A stretch of 20,000 nucleotides of DNA from Chiloscyllium plagiosum (taxonomy: Eukaryota): positions 64,976,113-64,996,112 of the forward strand of contig NC_057719.1 of assembly GCF_004010195.1 (NCBI RefSeq), given 5' to 3'. The notes beneath the pieces were generated by a model. The model made no database searches and was not told where the DNA came from. It saw only the letters and a program-made list of their open reading frames with translations. The translations under genes and the position numbers were made by a program. Below are positions 11,410 to 20,000 of this stretch, in pieces. The first letter of the stretch is position 1. The number at the start of each line of letters is the position of its first letter.

Positions 11410-11637
11410 ATATTGTTAGTTCCTCATTCATGCTTTAATCACATGGTAGCTGGTTCTTGGCACAGAGTGGGAACAAACCATATTTATAAAAATATTTCAA
11501 CCTCCCACTGTAAAAAGCCATCAAGATGCCATTGAAACAGATAGGGGTGGCTTCAGCATCTTTATTGCATATTGGGTTTCAGTACCTTCCTTTATCTCTG
11601 ACAGTTTCTGCAGAACAGACATCGTTTACTTATTGAA

Positions 11638-11732
11638 TAGATTAGAGTGGTGCTGGAAAAGCACAGCAGATCGGGCAGCATCCGAGGAGCAGGAAAATTG
11701 ATGTTTCGGGCAAAAGCCCTTCATCAAGAATG
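11638..11732 (-). mobile_element. Short PLE-derived unit with hammerhead-like core
   Basis: Minus strand reads tTGATGA-A-GGGC-TTTT-GCCC-GAAACATC, then 'aattttcctgctcctcggatgctgcccgatctgctgtgcttttccagcaccactctaatct'. Confidence 0.85.
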
Positions 11733-11959
11733 AAGCTTGGCAATAGGCCCTGCTCAGAAATTCCGTTGGAAAGTCAATTTCTACACTTTCTAGGAACATG
11801 AGATCAATTGATTTCTGCAGCCATTTTAAGTTACTGATTTAAAGGAGTGTTCTTTCTAATCAAAGTGCAATTAGTGGATGAAATTAAAGATCACATAAAG
11901 TCTATCAATTGCAACTTTATGACCAAACAGCTCAGTAAGCCACCCATCAGTGAACTTGG

Positions 11960-12480
11960 ATGTATCACATCACACTCCATCCTTACCTCTAACAAACAGA
12001 TAGGATTGATAGACCTTTTTTTTACTAAAATGGAGGCTTGCCATTTAAATTTTTCTCCTGCTTCCCCAAACCACATTCTATAAGCATCATCCTAAACATT
12101 CTCCAACATCCCCTTGCTTAATATTAGCTGTGGTTTGTTTTTCTGCTCTCCTGTGATTATCCATACTCCTAAATTTATCTTGTCTACGAAACCCATCCTT
12201 TGCCTTCTTGATCCATTGCCATTAAAATGATGACTGCTCCAATCCACTTTGTTGTGTTAAAAGGTAATTGATTTTGTAAATAGTTCTGTCTCATCAGATG
12301 TTGAAACTTTCCTTTCAAAACTGCCCATCGACACCCATTTGAAAACCCATCCTTAATGGCTCTGACCTGTTGAACTACTGCCTCGCTGCGAATCTTGTTT
12401 TCCACCATTCATCTTCTTTTCCTCTTTTCTGTATTTGAAGCTTCTGTTGACTTTCAAATCCATGTTTATCTCTCTCTCTC
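11960..12480 (+). mobile_element. Highly degraded L2 LINE ORF2 (pre-RT/RT N-terminal) fragment
   Basis: 'aaacccatcctttgccttcttgatccattgccattaaaatg' (KPS..LDPLP.K) and 'ttcaaaactgcc...aaacccatcctt...aactactgcc...aatct' (FKTA...KPSL....NY...NL) occur in the order expected for L2 ORF2. Confidence 0.55.
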
Positions 12481-13807
12481 TCTCAGCTCACTTCTTAAGT
12501 CTCGACGATATCCTTCTCAGTCAGTCCTAGCCATGAAGAATATTATGAATCGAGCTATGATGCATCAGCCCTGGCTAACCTTCCTGCAGTCAGTAATTCT
12601 AACTGCCTAATCTTCCAAAATTAAAACTTGACTACTCTTATGGTTAGCTCGAGTCTCCGCTCCTCTCCCTCAATAACCTCTTGTTTCACAGTATTGCTGA
12701 GAATTCCTCTGCAATGCTATTACAGCTAGCTTCAATCTTGACCAACAGAAAGCAGTAAAATTCCTGACAGCTGGTGACAGCAAACTGGGATGCTTGGGAT
12801 GGGTCAGAATTTTATATATCTATTACTAGGTTCATGATTCACTGAAGTTCAGACTACTGTTTATGGCAGCCATGAACTAAGATGCAGCCTTGCATAGTTC
12901 ACTGATTTGTTTTTAACACATAGCAAAATGTTGTAGTTTTAGTTAATGCTGTAGCTCTAATTAAAGGGTATATGAACCTTGGTATGTGTAACTATTTCAC
13001 AAATGACTCCATGGTGTCTAGGTGTTAAGAAAATTTCAGACCTGTGGTTATTTGCTTTAGTTTTCTAATTTTATCCATGTCTCTGTTTTAGTTAGCTTTG
13101 TTCCCTTTATTTCATCTGGCTAATTTTATGCAAGAGCATTTTAGGTTCTGGTTGTCAAAATAAGACTCACCAATAGGTTAGCAGTCATTTGACTATTAGG
13201 CCCGAAAGATGTTTTCTTGTTTGGTGTCAGGTCATTTGTGAGGTTATCACTGCTGACCGAATTAGTTGAAACCTTCCTTACTGTTTCTTTGTATTGTTCA
13301 GTCAGATTTATTTCTTTGTTTTCAAATATAGGAAACACATTAAGAATATCCAATGGTTATCTCCTACACCCCAGCTTTGTCAAATACTGGAAATACTGAA
13401 ATAGTATAGCGAAAATGCCCTACATCCTACATTTAAGAGATTTTTAAAAATTGAAAAATCAGGACATTAATGGAGAAACCAAATTCTGAGAAACAAATTA
13501 CAAAGAGAGATATTTACTTTCCTTATTTATTGACTTTTCTATTAAAATATTTTTATCTTAAGTAATCCTGACTTTACTGACGAAGTTGGATGGGAGCAAT
13601 TACTGTGAGTTAGACTGCAATGGAAATTAATCAAAAAACTGAGATGAAATGACGTATAAAATTCAAGATAATGGCACCCCTATTGATCATCACTTCCTGC
13701 TGTCCGAATAAATAATGTATCCTACATGATATCCTTTGATTATGTAATCAGTATTTTGGTGTCAGCCTTGACTTTATTGTCAACAGCACTGAATTCTGAG
13801 TTCACAT

Positions 13808-14295
13808 CATAGAATGATACAATCCAGGAGGCCATTTGGTTCACTTTTCTCATTCTGTTTCTTTGGTCGAGTTCCCCAGATCATCTCACACAAGACTCCT
13901 TTTTCCTTGCCCTGTAATCGTTTTCTGTTCAAGCTTTATCCAATTATCTTTTGAACTTTTTTACTGGATCTGATGGATTCCCGCTCACAACAAATCACTG
14001 TGTTTCCTCATTTATCGGCTGATTCTTTAACTAATTTAACTTAAGTCTATGCCCACTAGTTACCCATCCTTCTGCCACTGGAAAGTTCTCCTCAAATAAA
14101 TTTTCAAACCACCTACAAGCTTGAATACCTCAAATTAATCTACTCTTACTCTTCTCTATTCAAAGAAGAACCTCTTAGTTGTCCAAAGCTTGTAACCCAT
14201 GGTGCAATTCAAGTTAATTTCATATGCATCCTCACCTAAATCTTGACATCCTTCCTAAAGTGTAATGCCCAGATGTGAACACGATGCTGCAGTTG
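13808..14295 (-). mobile_element. Degraded CR1 3' end
   Basis: Tail 'catagaatgataca..ggaggccatttgg', then 'ccttctgccactggaaa', 'ttgaatacctcaaattaatct', 'acatccttcctaaagtgtaatgcccaga', collinear with 6380-6893. Confidence 0.7.
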
Positions 14296-14603
14296 ATGCT
14301 GTGTCTCTCCAGGCAGATGGTCACAGATTTCAGGCTATCACTGTCAAATACCTCACAATGTACAGCTTCGGTCGCCATGCCCTACCAGGGGAAGTCAAAG
14401 TCGTTAACCTGAACTGTTTCTCTTTTAGTTCTTGCCAAGGATCAGCAGCAGAGTTCAGTGACATCTCAAAAACAGTTGCATAGCACTGTAATAGCATTCT
14501 TGGTGTTTTACAAATGCTTTCTGCTGCTATCCAAATCCATCCCCTGCTTCAGCTCCCGGCTGATCTCAGCAAACTTTTCTGAGTACAATATACATCAATG
14601 TGT

Positions 14604-14737
14604 TCTGAGGAAGGGTCACTGGACCCAACATGTTAATTCTTATTCCTCTTCACAGATGCTGCCAGACCTGATGAACTTTTCCAGCAATTTCTGGTTTTGT
14701 TACTGATTTCTAGCATCTTCAATTCTTTGGTTTTTAA
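14604..14737 (+). mobile_element. Short PLE-derived unit, degenerate hammerhead core
   Basis: CTGAGGA-A-GGGTC-ACTG-GACCC (5-bp stem intact, GAAA lost), then 'cacagatgctgccagacctgatgaacttttccagcaatttctggttttgtt'. Paralogous to 18852-18963. Confidence 0.8.
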
Positions 14738-17214
14738 TGTGTTTCCTCAGCTGGCTGCTGTTCCAATAGTGACCATCATCCCTGGTGGCACTACTGTGAC
14801 ACGAGAACTGTCAGTCCTCTGTTTGGCCAGCTCATGGGCTGGGACTCCAGATGACAGCAATAAGCTGCTAAGTTGACCTGCAATGTTTCCGGGTCTCCTG
14901 GATTGCTCCAGAAGTGATCCTGGATTTCTAGCCCATTCTTCGGTGCAACTCCAGAAATGTCCAGTCCCATGAATAAGCTCACTTTTCTGATAGCTGCCAT
15001 GACTTATTCAAACTCTGCCAGTCTGAATTGCCTCAGATCTTCACAAGAATGCCCACAGACTTCTTACTGGGTTTTGGGGCAAAGGGATATCATTTGAACA
15101 GATAGCTACTCAACTGTCTATAGGAGCCCTGGACTGAGGCACAGAGATAATTTAACCAGTTGTTCAGTTAGATGACCGTTGACAGGACTATTGGGCCTCA
15201 AGTGGAGCTCAATCCTCACTGTGGATCGTGGTCCTAGGCTGGTGGCCCTGCTGTGACATCTTACTTCCCTTTCTACTCTGGAAATCTTTGGCACTAACTG
15301 CAGATCTTCCTCAGGATCCCAGGAGAAGAAGTTGTGGCTCTTGTAGGAGCCTCAGTGAGTCCCAGACATCATTTTACCTTACTCTGGTCTCAGTGGCCAG
15401 TCTATTCAACAGTGAGATTTATTAAATAAAACACAAAATATCAGTCAGGATTTTGAGTTATCTCTGGGTATAAAATGGGCATCAGTGCAGATTTTTGTGA
15501 TATGATGCAAACAACTGTAAATTCCCAATCCAGATGTTTTATTCAGAGTTGAAATATTACTTTGTTAGACTTTATATATTAAGTGAGTTTTAGGAACGTA
15601 ATTGACTTATAAAACCCCAGACCAATTGTCATTTTCTAACCCTTAATTTCAGTGACTTCTGTTGTTTCAGGATTAAATCTCACTTAATGGGAAAATGTCT
15701 TCCTGTCAAAGTAACAAACCTATGCAAATTATGTGATGTTTATAATATTTTCTCATCACATTCCCAAAATACCTTTTGTACTTTAACATCTTTCGAGCAA
15801 TTCACTTTGATGGACAGGTATCAAATTACTCACTGGGAAAAACAAAGTAGAAATCTAATGATTCATAAATCCAGGACTGAAACCTTTTTCTCAAATTGCT
15901 TACCCTCAAAACTTTGAAGACTACTGTAGTTATTTCTCTTTCCTGATCAGCATACAAAGTATGATCATGTTTTATTTCTATAATTTTGCAATAAGTCCTA
16001 TAGTATGTTCAGGAGACACTATGATCCTTTTTGGTCTGTAATACAAGTTAAAAAATGTTTGGGATAGTGACAAGGAATTGCAAGGCTGGAGTGTTCAAAC
16101 TATTTTATGTAATTTTAATAGAAAATAAGTGGCTGTAATTCTTAGACAGATATTTCCTGAATGTCTCAACTCTAAGCCAGAATTCACAGCAGGAATATAT
16201 GAGACATTGATAACTCAGAATTTCAGCTGCACCCAGCTGAGACTTAAGATCTAACCTATAGTCTCACATGGAATGTGGAATGCGGTTAAGAACAAAACCT
16301 TTGGAGGAAAGAGGGACAAGGGTCAATTGGTTCAGCAGGAAGCGGGGTGTGGGGGTATACTGATAATAACATGCATTGAATTCCTGCTGAAAGGTCATTG
16401 CAGAGACACAAGAGAGTGAGACACTCTGAATTTGTTCTGAGCAATACTTACAGTGAGGGTTGTGGTACTTGAGATTGAACCCGTTCTATCAGTGTGCCAT
16501 CAGAGTAATTATAGCCTCCTCTTAATGGCAGGCTGCAGTAACCCTAACTACTTCACCTTTATGCAGTCATTAAAGAGCTTTTATGTCTTGTTTACCCTTT
16601 TGAGATCTGTCTGGGACAGTGAGATTGTTCCACCGACTCTGTCAGCTGCCGCTTTTCAGCTTTTGGGCCTTACTCAACAAATGAGTCTGTGCTTAAGCAA
16701 TCCTTTCATCTGATTTTTTTAAAACTTAAATTAGCGCAGGCTCAAAACTAAAATAGATTGAACAATGTCAAATGATCCTCTAGAACCGATGCTTATGGAG
16801 CGAGTGAATACAAATCATTGGCTGTCAACAGCTTTGTGAAAAGAATGCAGTGTTAAGTGGTCCAGTGTGATGTACTGAGGATGCTTAATAGATTCCATTG
16901 GAATCCTATGCTAATCTCATCCTCGTTAACAATGGCCTTTGCATTTCGTAATCAAACTTAATGGGGAATATATAAATAATTGAAGCAAGATATAGTTTGA
17001 CTGTATTCTCAGATTCTCTTGAATATGTGTACTGTTTAAAGTTTACCAAATAATCTTTCTAAAATCTGAAACCACTGTTGAAAGTTTGGTTAATTCTTCT
17101 TCTGAGAAGAGCCTGTTGAACCTTTAAAATAAGAATTTTTGAAAGGTATAGGAAATGCATATGATTGGATATATGCCACATGCCCAATCTAAGCACCCAA
17201 CAAGTAGATACACA

Positions 17215-17673
17215 AATATTGCTGAAGAGAGAGGCATTACACCGAAAGCTTCTTGTTTTGCATTCATCAGGACAAATGCAGAACTATCAAATATTGAACA
17301 ATCACAATATACTACAGAGAGCTGAGTTGTTAACAAGTCAATTGTGATTGGCTGAGACATTGTCATGGAGAAAGCATTGAAGAGCTGGAGGGTTGCTAAG
17401 TCCCTGGCTAATTTAAATGAAAAAGCATATTCCTTTTATATGTTCAAACCTTGTACCTTTTTTGAATTGCCAGGAGCTCAGGGGCCTTTGTTTCTGTGTT
17501 ACTTTCTCCACAGCAACTCTTCAACAAATCAGAGTTGACTTGTCAACCAATCAGCATTCTTTTCTCCTGCAGTATAAATTGTTGTGATTGTTTGAAATTC
17601 AGTGTTTTTAGGCTCGTCCCAATGGGGACAAGATAAAAAGATTTGGCAACATGTCTCTCTTTTCAGCAATATT
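17215..17673. repeat. Long imperfect inverted repeat (MITE-like, probably PLE-derived)
   Basis: Arms at about 17215-17375 and 17501-17673: aatattgctgaagagagag / ctctcttttcagcaatatt, aacaatcacaa / ttgtgattgtt, acaagtcaa / ttgacttgt, tggagaaag / ctttctcca. Confidence 0.8.
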
Positions 17674-18851
17674 CAAGTTCTATATGCCCAAATGACCAAA
17701 TTTAGTTATATATGTGATCTGGTTTGTGATATGTGCCTAAACAAAGTTGGAGTTGAATACAGTGTACAGATTTGTACTATATACTGAATTCAAGTGCGCA
17801 ATAAGTCGACGCACAATATGATTAGATATGTGGTGTTTGCATATACATGCGTGCCTTCCACTCTGTCATTGCACTTTACAATCATCTACAAGTCATTTCA
17901 GACGTGGGAAGAATGCTTTATGTTCATCTTAATTTAGGGAAGCTGCTACATTGATTATCCTATCTTAGAATGTTGAATTTTCCAATTGGTTGTTTATTTC
18001 AAAATATTAAATTGATTAAAAATGAGGAGACAAGTGATTAAATTGTGAGAGATTTAGATATCTTGGAGCAAGAAGATGTCCGCAAAACTACTAAACTGAT
18101 AAAAAAACACTTTTATGAGAAGTGCATGCAGAAATAATGCCATTGATTATTCCATAATAAAGCAAAGCTAAATCATTAGGCTTATAAGAGATTTGTCTTT
18201 ATCCTTAAGAAAACTGGAGCTTCCAAATGATACATTAGTTGTAAAAGCTTTTTTGATCCAATTGTGGAACACATTGTGCTGTTTACATAGTATTACTGCT
18301 GCTGGACAATGAAATACCAGTTAGACGCAGTGTGGGAAACTAATGTGTGTTTGTGCTGAGTCAATAATGTCATTATAGGTCATTCCCTGTTACTAAACTG
18401 GTGATAATGGACTATTCTCTGTTGCTAAGATAATGTTACAAAAGCTCACACTTTAAATGTATTTAATTTCACTTAAATGCCCCCAATATCTACCTCGAAT
18501 TTGCAATGTAAAAATGGAATTTTAATTGCTCTAAATTCATTGAGCTTCATAAAACCATTCCATTAAATGCAATCCATATTGCATCTGACACCAAAATGTA
18601 ATGAAAATATATATTGCAAGTCTCATTGTCTCAACAAAAATATAATTATCTTGTTACTATTCTTGCAACAAGAGAAAGAATGCTAACTTGAATAGTTAAA
18701 GTTCGGTTTCATAGAACACAATCTGATAAGACTATCATTTTGGAGCAGCCTTTTGTTGCTTTCAGAAATTGTTGAGTCCAACTGAGCACATGTGAAATGA
18801 CACACCAACATATATACCAAACACTGAAAGAACTGTGGATGCTGCTTCCCT

Positions 18852-18963
18852 TCTGAGGAAGGGTCACCAGACCAAAACATTAGCCCTGATCTCTCGTCAC
18901 AGATGCTGCCAGACTTGCTGAGCTTTCCTAGCAATTTTTGTTTTGGTTGTTGACACCAGCATT
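18852..18963 (+). mobile_element. Short PLE-derived unit, degenerate hammerhead core
   Basis: CTGAGGA-A-GGGTC-ACCA-GACCa-aAAC, then 'cacagatgctgccagacttgctgagctttcctagcaatttttgttttg'. Confidence 0.8.
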
Positions 18964-18971
18964 CATAGTGG

Positions 18972-19435
18972 AGAGCGAGTTTTGAGAAGATTTGTAGCTC
19001 ATGTTTGGTTCTAGATGTAGATTTGCTTGCTGAGCTGGAAGGTTCATTTTCAGATGTTTCGTCACCATACAAGGTAACATCATCAGTGAGCCTCCAATGA
19101 AGCACTGGTGGCATGGCCCACTTCCTGTTTATGTGTTTAGGTTTCCTTGGGTTGGTGATGCCATTTCCTGTTCTTTTTCTCAGGGTGTGGAAAATGGGAT
19201 CCGTCAATGTTTGGTGATAGAGTTCCGGTTGGAATGTAATGTTTCTAGGAATTCTCATCTCTGTTTGGCTTGTCCTAGGATGGATGTATTGTCCCAGTCG
19301 AAGTGGTGTCTGTCCTCCTCTGTGTGTAAAGATATTAGTGAGAGTGTGTCATGTCTTTTGATGATGTTACCTAGTATGGTGACAAAACTTCTGAAAACGA
19401 ACCTTCCAGCTCAGCAAGCAAATCTATATCCACAA
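18972..19435 (-). mobile_element. 5'-truncated Penelope-like element (GIY-YIG-region C-terminus, pseudo-LTR, and inverted pseudo-LTR copy)
   Basis: Minus strand from about 19358 reads KRHDTLSLISLHTEEDRHHFDWDNTSILGQAKQR*EFLETLHSNRNSITKH / DPIFHTLRKRTG. Positions 19010-19085 are repeated in inverted orientation at 19359-19435. Confidence 0.9.
19050..19089 (-). ncRNA. Minimal type I hammerhead ribozyme-like motif in the PLE pseudo-LTR
   Basis: UCA-CUGAUGA-U-GUUACC-UUGUAU-GGUGAC-GAAAC-AUC-UGA: intact core boxes, a 6-bp stem II (one G-U pair) and a 3-bp stem I (UCA/UGA). Stem III reads ACAU in place of the palindromic ACGU. Confidence 0.7.
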
Positions 19436-19738
19436 TACATAGTGGATGTTGGTAAGATAAAGATTGCCATATAAAAATTTTTAGAGTCTAGTAATAACAT
19501 GCTAGGAAGTTATATTTGTTCATAGATTCGATAGCACAGCAAAATCACGAGTACATTGAGCATATTTCTCTCTTCAACGTAAGAAAATTCAAGATAATGG
19601 TAGAAGGAAAATAATATTTGGATAATAACAAATAGGTTACCAAATTGGAGTTTCTTTGATTACTTTTAAGGGTTAGAATCTTACAGAGCAGAAAGAGGCT
19701 AGTCAGTTCTTTATCCCAAAATTGGCTCTTTGACAGAC

Positions 19739-20000
19739 CGGTTCTACCTCCTTCCCAAGATCCACAAGCGTGACCATCCTGGCCGACCCATTGTCTCAGC
19801 ATGCTCCTGCCCCACTGAACTCATCTCTACCTACCTCGACATTGTCCTATCCCCCCTAGTCCAGGAACTCCCCACAAACGTTCGAGACACCACCCACGCC
19901 CTCCACCTCCTCCAAGACTTCCGTTTCCCCGGCCCCCAACACCTCATCTTCACCATGGATATCCAATCCCTCTACACCACCATCCGCCATGACCAGGGCC
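19739..20000 (+). mobile_element. Penelope-like element reverse transcriptase, N-terminal motifs (runs off the window end)
   Basis: 87 open codons: RFYLLPKIHKRDHPGRPIVSACSCPTELISTYLDIVLSPLVQELPTNVRDTTHALHLLQDFRFPGPQHLIFTMDIQSLYTTIRHDQG. PKIHK, GRPIVS and D..SLYT.I are PLE RT signatures. Composition switches abruptly to C-rich at about 19737. Confidence 0.93.

Noticed and set aside
16186..16390. 10-bp inverted repeat cagcaggaat / attcctgctg as MITE ends
   Set aside because: Too short, with no TSD or further arm similarity.
18683..19258. Longest ORF (191 aa) as a host gene
   Set aside because: It runs through the PLE 3' end, its pseudo-LTR and an adjacent short repeat. It is a chance read-through of TE sequence.

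Overview
This is eukaryotic, repeat-rich, apparently intronic or intergenic DNA with no host protein-coding gene that I can confidently recognise. The repeat set is a HE1/V-SINE-type tRNA SINE, many CR1 3' ends, L2, Rex1/Babar, Penelope-like elements and TcMar-type MITEs. From recall rather than a search, this points to a cartilaginous fish, probably a shark. The most notable theme is a high density of Penelope-like retroelement (PLE) material. It includes an uninterrupted PLE reverse-transcriptase frame at the right edge that the ORF track missed, and a 5'-truncated PLE with a GIY-YIG-region remnant and an inverted pseudo-LTR. There are also about seven short dispersed PLE-derived units with minimal hammerhead-ribozyme-like cores (CUGAnGA-stem II-GAAAC), mostly eroded by CpG decay. 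A three-level nested DNA-transposon structure lies at 8.5-10 kb. Several repeat-free blocks look like candidate enhancers or small exons but cannot be confirmed from sequence alone.
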